64,000 nt of DNA, from assembly GCA_043732185.1 (NCBI GenBank), contig JAYTHY010000066.1:1-64000 (forward strand), in the 5' to 3' direction. Positions within the stretch are counted from its first letter, which is position 1, and each line of letters opens with the position of its first letter. The DNA comes from Fibrobacteria bacterium (lineage in GTDB: Bacteria; Fibrobacterota; Fibrobacteria; UBA11236). Shown here one piece after another: positions 19,551-29,392 of the stretch. A program made the position numbers and the translations under genes. The notes under the pieces are model-generated. The model was not told the origin of the DNA, ran no database searches, and worked only from the letters and a program-made list of their open reading frames with translations.

Positions 19551-20492
19551 ATGGCAAGAGCAAAAATAGCCCTGGTGGGCGCGGGACAAATCGGTGGAAC
19601 CATGGCCTTGGTGGCCGCTCAAAAACAACTGGGTGACATCATTACGGTGGACATCATGGAAGGCGTGCCCCAGGGCAAAAGTCTGGATATCATGCATGGC
19701 CGATCCTTGATTCCCACTTCCAGCCAACTGACCGGTTCCAATTCCTATGATGCCATTGCCGGGGCAGATGTGGTGATCGTAACCGCCGGATTGCCGCGCA
19801 AGCCGGGCATGAGCCGCGATGATCTTCTCGACGTCAATTTTGGAATTGTCAAAACCGTGGGTGAGAATATCAAAGCCAAAGCCCCGAATGCTTTTGTCAT
19901 CGTGGTAACCAACCCGCTCGATGCCATGGTCTATGCCATGCAGCGCGTAACCGGATTCCCGGCCCATCGCGTGGCGGGAATGGCAGGCGTACTGGATTCA
20001 GCTCGCTTTGCCGCCTTGGTAGCTATGGAGATCAACGTTTCCAATGAGGATGTGCAAGCATTGGTCATGGGTGGACATGGGGACACGATGGTTCCTTTGA
20101 TGCGTTATTGCTCCGTGGGCGGTATCCCCGTCACCCAACTTTTGTCTCGCGAGAAATTGGACACCATCGCCAAGCGCACGGCCAATGCCGGTGGGGAAGT
20201 GGTGGCATTGCTTAAAACCGGTTCAGCCTTCTACAGTCCAGCCTTGTCCGCCATCCACATGGCGGAAGCCTATCTCAAAGACAAAAAGAATGTCTTGTCC
20301 TGTGCCGCCAAACTGAATGGCGAATACGGAGTGACCGGCCTGTATGCTGGAGTCCCGGTAATTATGGGGGCCGGCGGTATCGAAAAGGTATTGGAAGTGG
20401 AACTGGATGAAACCGAACGCAAGATGTTCGACGTGTCCATAGCGGCCGTGAAATCCTTGGTAGAGTGGGTCGACAAAAAGATGGGTGCTTAA
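19551..20492 (+). CDS. mdh: Malate dehydrogenase (LDH-like)
   Basis: [28 protein letters not shown]. Confidence 0.95.
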   Translation: MARAKIALVGAGQIGGTMALVAAQKQLGDIITVDIMEGVPQGKSLDIMHGRSLIPTSSQLTGSNSYDAIAGADVVIVTAGLPRKPGMSRDDLLDVNFGIVKTVGENIKAKAPNAFVIVVTNPLDAMVYAMQRVTGFPAHRVAGMAGVLDSARFAALVAMEINVSNEDVQALVMGGHGDTMVPLMRYCSVGGIPVTQLLSREKLDTIAKRTANAGGEVVALLKTGSAFYSPALSAIHMAEAYLKDKKNVLSCAAKLNGEYGVTGLYAGVPVIMGAGGIEKVLEVELDETERKMFDVSIAAVKSLVEWVDKKMGA

Positions 20493-20545
20493 ACAAGGAC
20501 CGGGGCAGGGACAGAAACAGGGGCACGGACAGGGTTAGCCGGAAA

Positions 20546-21832
20546 TCAAGGGCGCAGTATCAAGCTGGTGATACCGTTTTCCCGGCTAACCACCAAGGTC
20601 TGCACAGTTTGCTGCGGTACAAAGCGGCCCAGTATATTCAAACCAGATTGTCTGTAACCTTCATTACCATTCATCAGCTGGTTCCGCACCAAGGGTTGCA
20701 GAAAGGTAGTGCCGGGTATGGTAACCTGTAAGTCAACCCAGCCTTCCTCCGTCCAGACACCGGTATTGATAGCCAAGGTTTTGAAGGTGGTAGTCCCATA
20801 CTTATCCTGAAACTCTTTCCCCGGTGCCAACACCCCGTCGTTTTCATCGCTACTGGTTTTGGAACCTGGTGTGGTATCCAGAAACCACTCATCCAAATTG
20901 GTTGTACTTTTAAATCCCTGGAAACTCACTGTAGCTCCTAAACGAGCCGAAGTACTGACGGTTCGATATTCAAACCAATACCCGTAACTTGCGTTGCCGG
21001 AGGGAATGCGGACGCCGATCACCCGGCCTTTATGTACGGCATTATCATGGGCGTAGATTCGATAGACGCCGCTGGTTTTTATTTCCTTTATTTCGTTCGA
21101 ATCCTTCCATCCCACTCTTAGTTTATACAGCATATTGAAATGCCCCGTGCTCCCCCCATGCCCCATAACGTCAAAGGGGTTGCCGTATTCACTTGTTTGG
21201 GACGTGGTACCGGGCACGCCAAACATGTCGGTTCCTGCTTCTATGGAATGTGCATGGGGCAATCCCAAGGAATGGCCGAGTTCGTGCGCGGTAACTCCGG
21301 CGCTATAATTGCCATTGATCCAGTCTCCGTCGCGCATGTTGGAAAGACCGCCCCAACCCACGTTTATTTCCGGGAAGCTGGCGATATAAACATCATAATC
21401 CACTCCCACCTTGAGACCGGCGGCGCTTATCTGGGATGAAATCCAGGATTGCAAACTGTTGAAGTTTGCGCCGTAGGTCGCTTTGTCACCGGGAGCCGCA
21501 AGGATGGTCGGGTGGATTTTGAAATCAAAGCCAAAAGTATTTCTGGACATGGAAGCATACAGGAGATTGATGGTTGCATTGGTCTTGTTTATGGTACTGT
21601 CGGTAATAGTGTAGGGGCCATCGGAGAAGGATACCTTGAAAATCAAAGCCCGCAGCTTACCGGTCCAAACTTTGGCCGTGGGTGGCAAAGTGGTGGATTT
21701 CATAAGGGCACCGGAAGGGGACGTGATGCTTTGGTCCAAGCCACAGACTATATTTTCTTGTGCAACTGGAATTCCGTGCGATAGCATTCCAAGTAACACT
21801 CCCATATATAGGCAACGCAATGTTGGTTTCAT
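20546..21832 (-). CDS. Secreted zinc metallopeptidase (M11/gametolysin-like)
   Basis: Signal peptide; HELGHSLGLPHA; EYGNPFDVMG Met-turn. Confidence 0.8.
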   Translation of the reverse strand: MKPTLRCLYMGVLLGMLSHGIPVAQENIVCGLDQSITSPSGALMKSTTLPPTAKVWTGKLRALIFKVSFSDGPYTITDSTINKTNATINLLYASMSRNTFGFDFKIHPTILAAPGDKATYGANFNSLQSWISSQISAAGLKVGVDYDVYIASFPEINVGWGGLSNMRDGDWINGNYSAGVTAHELGHSLGLPHAHSIEAGTDMFGVPGTTSQTSEYGNPFDVMGHGGSTGHFNMLYKLRVGWKDSNEIKEIKTSGVYRIYAHDNAVHKGRVIGVRIPSGNASYGYWFEYRTVSTSARLGATVSFQGFKSTTNLDEWFLDTTPGSKTSSDENDGVLAPGKEFQDKYGTTTFKTLAINTGVWTEEGWVDLQVTIPGTTFLQPLVRNQLMNGNEGYRQSGLNILGRFVPQQTVQTLVVSRENGITSLILRP

Positions 21833-22033
21833 GTCATACCTGCCTTCAAGTTTTCGGAAGACCCATCAACCTATTTTGAGCCTGACATAAGAATACTGCA
21901 AGGGGAAAACACACACGCGTATCAGTAGGAATCATTTTTGCGAAAAGTGGGTGCTATTGCCCCATAAAAAACGCAATTTTACCAATTCCAAACTCTAAAA
22001 TCGAAAAGGTTAAACTTGTTGAAACTGGGGAAC

Positions 22034-24379
22034 ATGAGGCACAGCAGATTAACCTGTTTGAGTGGAGTTCTCCTGCTCGGATGGATGTTGGGTTGCTCGG
22101 AAAAAACCGCACCGACTAAACCGGCGGATGCATTGATTAAAGTTCCCTTTGACACGAGTGTGGAAGGCTTGCCGGAAGCGGATACCACCCGCATCGTAAA
22201 CGTAGCGGACGGGGATACGCTTCGGCTTAGCGTCGGCTGGGTGGCAAAGAATTTTTCCGGACACAATGTGAGAATGCTGGCTTACAATGGTTCCATCCCT
22301 GGTCCAACTATACGAGTAGCTGAGGGTGCGTCGATTACCGTGTTGCTTGTCAATCACACCAACCTGCCCACCAGTCTGCATTCTCACGGAGTGCGTCTCG
22401 ATTACAAATATGATGGTATACCGGGAATCACTGCCACGGCGGATAGCGGAAAAACCGTGGTCTATCAAATACACTTTCCGGACCCAGGATTATTCTGGTA
22501 CCATCCCCATTACCGAGAAGACTATCAAATGGAACTAGGATTGGCAGGAACTTATTTGGTCGTGCCGAAAGATACGAGCTATTGGCCACCGGTCAATCGG
22601 GAAATTGTGCTGGTGTTGGATGATATTCTTCTGGATGAAAAATCCACACACCCCTTTTATCAAAATGTAAGCGACTATGCCTTGATGGGCCGCTTTGGAA
22701 ATGTTCTGCTAATCAACGGCGATCCCCATTTTGAATTGCATGTGAAACGCAATGAAACCATTCGGTTTTACACCGTTAACGCTTCCAATACCAGAGTTTA
22801 CAATTTGCAGTTTTCCCGCGATATGGATATGAATATTATCGGGGCGGACAATGGACGTTTTGAATTTCCAGGAGCCAAGGAAAGCTACGTCATCGCCCCA
22901 TCGGAACGGGTTATTTTCCAGTTGGGCTTCAATGATGGATTGGACGATTATTCGCCTTTGGAGATCTTGAATGCCACTCCATCCGGAACCGCCGTAATCG
23001 GAAAAATATTTTATGATCCGGACACGATCGCAACGGACCTGCGCAGTAGCTTGGCGTTGGTTCAATGCGCAGCAGTTACAAAAAGTCTGGAACCCTTCCG
23101 TAAATCGCTGAACAAGTTACCGGATGAGGAAATCCTGCTTACCGGCTATATGGATATGTCCAATCCCTTGACCAAACTATCGGCTGTGCAACATGATCCG
23201 GACCCGGGCAACACGATGGGCATCGAATGGAATGACAGCGTGCATGGGGCCGGCATGGTATTGATGAATCAACAATCGAGTAATCGGAATGTGCATTGGG
23301 CCATTCGAGATCTTAAAACCGGCTTGGAAAACCATGAAATCAATTGGAATTTCCAGCGTGGTTCACAGGTAATGATAAGGATTCATAACGACACGGTCAC
23401 CACACCCGCACCGGGCACTCCGGAAGCTGCCATGAGCGGAATGCTCATGTACCATCCCATGCCGCACCCCATTCACTTTCATGGACAGCGATTTCTAGTT
23501 GTTCGCGAGAATGGAAAACCGCCTGCAGAGGGTTTGGTTTGGCGGGACAGCTATCTCATTGGTCGTGGCTATACGGTGGATGTGCTTTTGGATGCCAGTA
23601 ATCCTGGTCATTGGATGTTTCATTGTCATATCGCTGAACATTTTGAAGCGGATATGATGGGACATTTTTCTGTTTCCGATACGGTTGTCGGTGCAAAAAT
23701 GCCTTACCCCTGGTCGCTCAATTTGAATATTGAAAGCAGTTATGATTCCTTGCGACGCGATACGGTCGTCACGCTTGGGAAAGTGACAGCCATTACAGGT
23801 AAGGTCAATCATTTTGACCCTGCAGTGCTGGAAGCGAATCTTTTTCTATCGCAACCTAATACTCCGGCACTCCATCTCATGGTGCCCTTGGCTCCAAATG
23901 GCGCCTTCACACTCGCAACTGCCGATCTCCTTGGCGCAGGTACCGGTTTGGTTCCCATCCATGCTGTAGTCAAATCCAAAGTCTTAACATTGCGCCCTTC
24001 GCCGGACACGTTGCGATTGATTTTTGATGCTAGAATTGAGCTACCCTGGTCCCTGGATCTGGACATGGCAGGAGATGCCGCCTTTCAAGCGCTGGTCCGG
24101 GACACCGTTGCGGTGAGCGGCATGCGTGGAACCATTGCGGGCAAGGTCAACGGCTATGATCTTTCCACCTTCAGTGACTCTATCTATTTTCGCAATGTGC
24201 TCTATCCCAATTTCATGGCTACTAAACCGCTTGCCAGTGACGGTACTTTTAGTTTTGATGCCTTTGAAATTGTAGGTGCTTTGGATGGTCTGCAACCATT
24301 GAAAATATTTCTGAAATTCAAAAGCTCTGACCGACGGCCAACCCCGGATACCTTACGCATCAACCTGAGCGTTCCATAA
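22034..24379 (+). CDS. Multicopper oxidase lipoprotein with duplicated C-terminal domain
   Basis: Lipobox MLGC; HSHG, WYHPH, HPIHFHG, HCHIAEH-x4-M copper ligands. Confidence 0.92.
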   Translation: MRHSRLTCLSGVLLLGWMLGCSEKTAPTKPADALIKVPFDTSVEGLPEADTTRIVNVADGDTLRLSVGWVAKNFSGHNVRMLAYNGSIPGPTIRVAEGASITVLLVNHTNLPTSLHSHGVRLDYKYDGIPGITATADSGKTVVYQIHFPDPGLFWYHPHYREDYQMELGLAGTYLVVPKDTSYWPPVNREIVLVLDDILLDEKSTHPFYQNVSDYALMGRFGNVLLINGDPHFELHVKRNETIRFYTVNASNTRVYNLQFSRDMDMNIIGADNGRFEFPGAKESYVIAPSERVIFQLGFNDGLDDYSPLEILNATPSGTAVIGKIFYDPDTIATDLRSSLALVQCAAVTKSLEPFRKSLNKLPDEEILLTGYMDMSNPLTKLSAVQHDPDPGNTMGIEWNDSVHGAGMVLMNQQSSNRNVHWAIRDLKTGLENHEINWNFQRGSQVMIRIHNDTVTTPAPGTPEAAMSGMLMYHPMPHPIHFHGQRFLVVRENGKPPAEGLVWRDSYLIGRGYTVDVLLDASNPGHWMFHCHIAEHFEADMMGHFSVSDTVVGAKMPYPWSLNLNIESSYDSLRRDTVVTLGKVTAITGKVNHFDPAVLEANLFLSQPNTPALHLMVPLAPNGAFTLATADLLGAGTGLVPIHAVVKSKVLTLRPSPDTLRLIFDARIELPWSLDLDMAGDAAFQALVRDTVAVSGMRGTIAGKVNGYDLSTFSDSIYFRNVLYPNFMATKPLASDGTFSFDAFEIVGALDGLQPLKIFLKFKSSDRRPTPDTLRINLSVP

Positions 24380-25128
24380 TGCCCAAACCCAATTCCGGAC
24401 CCCACAGGTCCAGTAGGATTGGAATTATTGGTGCAATGGATGCGGAAATTTCCGAATTCCTAACCCATGCGGAAATTGTAGACTGTCAGGATTGGCATGG
24501 CTTTATTTTCTACACCGTGCGTTTGCAAGGCCAGGAGGCAATCCTGGTCAAATGCGGGGTGGGCAAAGTATTTGCAGCCATGGTCAGTCAACACCTCATT
24601 GATGTCTTCCAACCGGACGCAATCATTTTTACCGGTGTGGCTGGAGCCCTCAATCCTGAGTACGCTATCGGCGATGTCGTGATTGGTCGGGAACTTATAC
24701 AACACGATGTGGACGGTATTGCTTTGGGATTTTCTCGGGGACGAATCCTTTATACCGACCTACAGATTTTTGCCGGGGACAGTTTGATGCTGGAAGCAGC
24801 ACTCGCGTCACAATTGGATGGTCATACTATTCGTGCGGGGCGTATACTTACCGGCGATCAATTCATGACGCGGACGGAAATCAATCATCATAGATACTTG
24901 CTTGATGAATTGGCGGGTGACGCGGTGGAGATGGAAGGTGCTGCCTTGGCCCAAGTGTGTGCGGTCAATGCAATTCCATGTTTGGTGGTCCGGACGATTT
25001 CCGATCGGGCGGATGGCGATGCTGTCGAGGACTTTACCCGGTTTCTTCCCGTAGTGGCGCACAATTCGTTTGCTGTAGTGCGTCAAATCTTCAGCGCTTG
25101 GTCCCGCGCATTCCTGGACCGTGAATAA
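24379..25128 (+). CDS. mtnN: 5'-methylthioadenosine/S-adenosylhomocysteine nucleosidase
   Basis: IGIIGAM, GVGKV, TGVAG, VEMEGAA, RTISD. Confidence 0.93.
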   Translation: MPKPNSGPHRSSRIGIIGAMDAEISEFLTHAEIVDCQDWHGFIFYTVRLQGQEAILVKCGVGKVFAAMVSQHLIDVFQPDAIIFTGVAGALNPEYAIGDVVIGRELIQHDVDGIALGFSRGRILYTDLQIFAGDSLMLEAALASQLDGHTIRAGRILTGDQFMTRTEINHHRYLLDELAGDAVEMEGAALAQVCAVNAIPCLVVRTISDRADGDAVEDFTRFLPVVAHNSFAVVRQIFSAWSRAFLDRE

Positions 25129-25747
25129 CTGCACGTGTATTGGGCCCGGGAACGCGTCCCACCCCTTCGCGAAGAACTTCCGGGCTTTCGCTAACTAAAG
25201 AAATGACGGTGGTCGGAGTGATGGGTAGGGGACCTAAATCCACTATCATATCAACTAAGTTTCCATACATCTCTTCGATGTCAGTGGGCTGGATGAAGTT
25301 GTCCGCTTCTGTAATTTTGGCTGCAGTTGTTAAAATAATGGAGCCGGGAGCAATTTCAAAAAGCGTATTGGTGAATGGACTGTTGGGCATGCGCACGCCG
25401 ACTTCCGGCCTGTTGACATCCAGCAGTTTTTTAGCGCGAACGGTGGCGGGTAAAATGAATGTATATGGACCCGGCACCAAATATTTCATATACCGATAAG
25501 CTGATGTTTCCACTTTTGCGAAATCGGACAAGGCGCTGAAGTCCCGTACCATGAGCGCCATCAAGTATTTTTTCATACCGCGCTTAATATGGTAAAGCTT
25601 TTGTACGCCTTTACGCGAGAGAGCATCGCAACCCATTGAATAACCGGAGTCGGTAGGGTACACGACCACACCACCGGACGCAAAGGTTTCCAATACCTTT
25701 TTCACCAATCGGATTTGTGGAGTCTGGGGATGAAGTTCAATACGCAT
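25091..25747 (-). CDS. Sua5/YciO/YrdC family protein
   Basis: IELHPQTPQ, VYPTDSGY, PGPYTFIL, VGVRMP. Confidence 0.9.
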   Translation of the reverse strand: MRIELHPQTPQIRLVKKVLETFASGGVVVYPTDSGYSMGCDALSRKGVQKLYHIKRGMKKYLMALMVRDFSALSDFAKVETSAYRYMKYLVPGPYTFILPATVRAKKLLDVNRPEVGVRMPNSPFTNTLFEIAPGSIILTTAAKITEADNFIQPTDIEEMYGNLVDMIVDLGPLPITPTTVISLVSESPEVLREGVGRVPGPNTRAVIHGPGMRGTKR

Positions 25748-25782
25748 GGATGTTTTTTCGTTAGCTGGTTTAAGGTAACTAC

Positions 25783-26226
25783 TTAACGGGCAGGATAATA
25801 GCCAGCAGTATCCGGCAAAAAGGCATTTTTAATGTGCAGGACTGTATGGATCTCTCCTGGAGTCAACTCCACGCCCACTGCATCAAATCGGATGTCACGA
25901 TTTTCCTGATGAAATTCCCAGCAATAGCGCACCGCCATTCGCTGCAACTGTCGGATTTTCCTTCCGTCAATGCGCTCCAAGGGATGTCCCGAATTTTTGG
26001 TACGACTGCTTTTTACCTCAATGAATACCAAGTAATTGTCAGCATCTTCCATAACCAAGTCGATTTCGCCCCGGCCGTGGCGATAATTTCTACGGAGTAA
26101 ACGGTACCCAAGGTTTTGTAAAAACTCCAAGGCTGCGTCTTCGCCGCGTCGGCCTGCGTCAACATGATTCTCTTGTTCGCGACGGGGAATCGCCTTAAGG
26201 GTAGATGGTGGGAAACCATCAGTCAT
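25783..26226 (-). CDS. yraN: YraN family (UPF0102) endonuclease-like protein
   Basis: GEDAA, RNYR, GEIDLV, LVFIEVK, IRFD, HIKNAF. Start uncertain. Confidence 0.9.
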   Translation of the reverse strand: MTDGFPPSTLKAIPRREQENHVDAGRRGEDAALEFLQNLGYRLLRRNYRHGRGEIDLVMEDADNYLVFIEVKSSRTKNSGHPLERIDGRKIRQLQRMAVRYCWEFHQENRDIRFDAVGVELTPGEIHTVLHIKNAFLPDTAGYYPAR

Positions 26227-27643
26227 ACGGCAGTCCAACAAAGCGTACGACCTTTAATGGGTCGGAAGTGTTTTCTGGGCCCGAGCTCCCGGAACTGGGT
26301 TCTGTGGCTGAAGCGGGACCATGGGTAAAACGAAGCGTGCCTTTCTCGACAAGGATTCCACCCAAATTAAATACCTGGGGAAGACCTCCTTCTTGGATCG
26401 TAAAACGCACTGGCCTTTTACCGTCCATTTCCAATACCATGGATTTGGACCCTTTGGCGGGCAAAACTCCGGATTCCAAAACCAAACTCGTGAGTAATAC
26501 CTTGGTTGGAAAAGTGAAAGTGATTTCGGCTTCATCCTTGCTGTCGTTGGTAGGTTGTGTTTGGTTAAACTGCGGAATCAACCACTGCATTCCCGCCGTG
26601 GAGAGTGGCGATGGCCGAAGCAAAATATACGTGAGGACACTGAGAATCAAAATGAACAAACCTAGAATACCCCATAGGTATCCGCGGGAAACCGCCATAG
26701 GATCATTTACATGGCGGCGTTTATGATCCCGGCGATCGGTAATTCTGAGATCAGAGGGTAAAGGTGTACTGGGGATTTCAACGCTACCCATTTCAATATG
26801 TGCGGAATCCAAATCCTGTAAAAGGGCATCGGCACTTAAATATCTGTCGGCCTTATTTTTCTTGAGGCATTTGGCCGCGATCAATTCCAACCGTCGAGGG
26901 ACATTTGCCCGTTTCTTGCTGAGCAGCGGCGCGATATCGTGAACTTGTTTATAGGCTACGGCCAGCGGAGTATCTGCCAAGAAAGGCGGACGACCGGTTA
27001 CCATTTCATATATGATAATTCCCAAGCCATAAATATCGCTTTGCCCATCGACAACACCGCCTTCACATTGCTCCGGAGACATGTATTCAGGTGTACCCAT
27101 GGCCATGCCAGTGGTGGTGATGCTGGGCGCATCGATCACCTTTGCAATACCGAAATCGGATATATACACCTTGTCACCGGGCTCTATCATGATATTGCCG
27201 GATTTGATGTCGCGATGCACGATTTCGTTTTGATGCGCGTATTTAAGTCCGCGACAAATCTGCTTCGTGACTCCGATAATTCGTTCGAAATCCAAGGGTT
27301 TGGAATCCTTGATGATGCGGCTTAAGGTTGTGCCCTGAACATATTGCATGGCAATGAACTTTTGCCCATCCACATCACCATAATCGTAAATGGTGACGAT
27401 GTTCTGGTGTTGCAGGCGGGAGATGGCATACGCTTCCGTAAAAAAGCGTTCCGAGAATTCGGGACTGCGCGCTAAAAGAGAGGGAAGAATTTTAATGGCA
27501 ACAATGCGATTCAAACCATCTTGATTGGCTCGGTAGACATCGCCCATGCCACCCTTGCCCAAATGCTCGAGCATAGTGTAGCCGCCAAAATTTTTTCCAG
27601 TAGGCGGTTTCTCGGCCTGAGTTTGCAGTGAAGGCTTTTCCAT
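26219..27643 (-). CDS. Hanks-type Ser/Thr protein kinase with TM helix and extracytoplasmic beta domain
   Basis: GKGGMG, VAIK, HRDIKSGN, DFG, GTPEYMSPE; TM segment YLWGILGLFILILSVLTYILL; RBS before ATG 27643. Confidence 0.93.
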   Translation of the reverse strand: MEKPSLQTQAEKPPTGKNFGGYTMLEHLGKGGMGDVYRANQDGLNRIVAIKILPSLLARSPEFSERFFTEAYAISRLQHQNIVTIYDYGDVDGQKFIAMQYVQGTTLSRIIKDSKPLDFERIIGVTKQICRGLKYAHQNEIVHRDIKSGNIMIEPGDKVYISDFGIAKVIDAPSITTTGMAMGTPEYMSPEQCEGGVVDGQSDIYGLGIIIYEMVTGRPPFLADTPLAVAYKQVHDIAPLLSKKRANVPRRLELIAAKCLKKNKADRYLSADALLQDLDSAHIEMGSVEIPSTPLPSDLRITDRRDHKRRHVNDPMAVSRGYLWGILGLFILILSVLTYILLRPSPLSTAGMQWLIPQFNQTQPTNDSKDEAEITFTFPTKVLLTSLVLESGVLPAKGSKSMVLEMDGKRPVRFTIQEGGLPQVFNLGGILVEKGTLRFTHGPASATEPSSGSSGPENTSDPLKVVRFVGLPYD

Positions 27644-27835
27644 GTGCTTTCCTTCCTCACAACATTCACTTCCGAATGTATCGAAATTATAGGAAAAATG
27701 TGTGGGCCAAGTCCCTAATTTCCTTTTTTTCCTCAGCTTCGCACAAACCTGGCAGAAAATACTTTCTGTACCTCTAAGCATGATAATGATTTACCCATAT
27801 GCAACGTCCTTATCCGTTGCTACTTTATCGCTAGC

Positions 27836-29392
27836 ATGCAAAAGCATTACGGCCGGTATGAAGTGATGTATCAACTTGGCAAGGGTGCCATGGCAGCCGT
27901 CCATTTGGCGCGTGACCCACTGCTGGGCCGATTTGTCGCCATAAAAGTTTTGCATTCTGAATTAACAACGCAACCGGATGTATTAAATCGATTCTATAAA
28001 GAAGCAAGAATTGTTGCAGCCGTGCGTCATCCGCATGTGGTGGACGTTTTCGATTTCGGTCAAGAAGGTTCGGACATGTTTTTGGTAATGGAGTTCGTTG
28101 ACGGACAGTCGCTGGGCAGCTTACTGAAACAGTTAAAGATTCCCTCCTTGCATCCCACAGAACCGGCGGATCAAAATGATGAAATGAGTCGCGCCACACC
28201 CTTCCTGCTGGCCACGCCCATGGATGCGCAGGTGGCGGCGGCGCTCATCTGTCAAGCCGCGGAGGGTTTAAGTGTAGCTGCCCGTCACGGAGTGGTGCAC
28301 AGAGATATCAAGCCCGAAAATATGATGATTGATCAACAGGGTACTCTAAAAATTTCCGATTTTGGTATTGCGCATGTTCAGGATGATAGCCTCACCAAAA
28401 CGGGAGCTGTATTGGGATCTCCCCATTTTATGTCTCCGGAACAGGTGCGTGGATTTAAACCCATTACGTTTCAAGCGGATATGTTTTCTCTTGGCGCAGT
28501 ATTCTATAACTGCCTGGCGGGTCACCCCCCTTTTCATGGGAAAAACCTGCCCGATCTTTTTCGTAAAATTGTCAGTGAACCGCATGTACCGCTCTGGCGC
28601 TTGCGGCCGGATATCGATCCCTTTTTGATGACGCTCGTGGACACACTTTTGCATAAGGACCCGGCCCAACGCGGCGGTGGACCCAAATGGCTACATCGCC
28701 AGCTGCAAAGCTATTTGGTGACATCGGGTATTGTTGAACCTTCGGAACGCGTCTGTGCGTATTTACAGGGGCTATCCGCTCAGGGTGTGCAGACGACTTG
28801 GCGATCCACGCGTTCACCAACCGTTCAGGATCATGCACAGCGTACTTTACGATATTCCCGTGAAACGAGACGCAAGACGCCATTACTCTGGCTACTGGCG
28901 TCCGGATTAGTCGTAGCCGTCCTAGCCATGGGACTGTGGTATCGACTTGGCCATCACACGGTAAACCCTAAAGTTGCTTTTTCTGCCGATCAGGTGGCAC
29001 CGCCGGTTTTAGCCCCGGTAGTCCAGGAGGGAAAGGGACTGCTCATGCCGGAAACTATAGCATCGCATTCAGACTCTTCCCTTTCTGTCGAGAGAAAAAA
29101 CCCTGATGAAACAGAACACGTTTTAACCCCCGCCGTCGAAAGCCCTGCGAACTTGACCTTGCAATCGTCACCTCCGTTTGCCGAAGTGTTTGTGGATGGA
29201 CGCTATGTAGGCCTCACGCCCGTCAAGCTGGAAGGCATGGTATCGGGAAGCCATCGCATTGTGGTGAAAGGTAAAGGCAGTCCACCTTTGGACACGCTCT
29301 TAAACTTGCGCCCGGGCGTCCAAGGATTCAAGTTTATCATCGAAAAGGATTTTGCAGCTCGCTTGGCTGGTGCAACGGATGAAGTGGATTAG
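27836..29392 (+). CDS. Hanks-type Ser/Thr protein kinase with TM helix and PEGA domain
   Basis: GKGAMA, HRDIKPEN, DFG, GSPHFMSPE; C-terminal LQSSPPFAEVFVDGRYVGLTP (PEGA). Confidence 0.93.
   Translation: MQKHYGRYEVMYQLGKGAMAAVHLARDPLLGRFVAIKVLHSELTTQPDVLNRFYKEARIVAAVRHPHVVDVFDFGQEGSDMFLVMEFVDGQSLGSLLKQLKIPSLHPTEPADQNDEMSRATPFLLATPMDAQVAAALICQAAEGLSVAARHGVVHRDIKPENMMIDQQGTLKISDFGIAHVQDDSLTKTGAVLGSPHFMSPEQVRGFKPITFQADMFSLGAVFYNCLAGHPPFHGKNLPDLFRKIVSEPHVPLWRLRPDIDPFLMTLVDTLLHKDPAQRGGGPKWLHRQLQSYLVTSGIVEPSERVCAYLQGLSAQGVQTTWRSTRSPTVQDHAQRTLRYSRETRRKTPLLWLLASGLVVAVLAMGLWYRLGHHTVNPKVAFSADQVAPPVLAPVVQEGKGLLMPETIASHSDSSLSVERKNPDETEHVLTPAVESPANLTLQSSPPFAEVFVDGRYVGLTPVKLEGMVSGSHRIVVKGKGSPPLDTLLNLRPGVQGFKFIIEKDFAARLAGATDEVD

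Noticed and set aside
25091..25128. 38-bp convergent overlap of mtnN and the yciO-like gene
   Set aside because: Short 3' overlaps of non-conserved tails are common in compact genomes.
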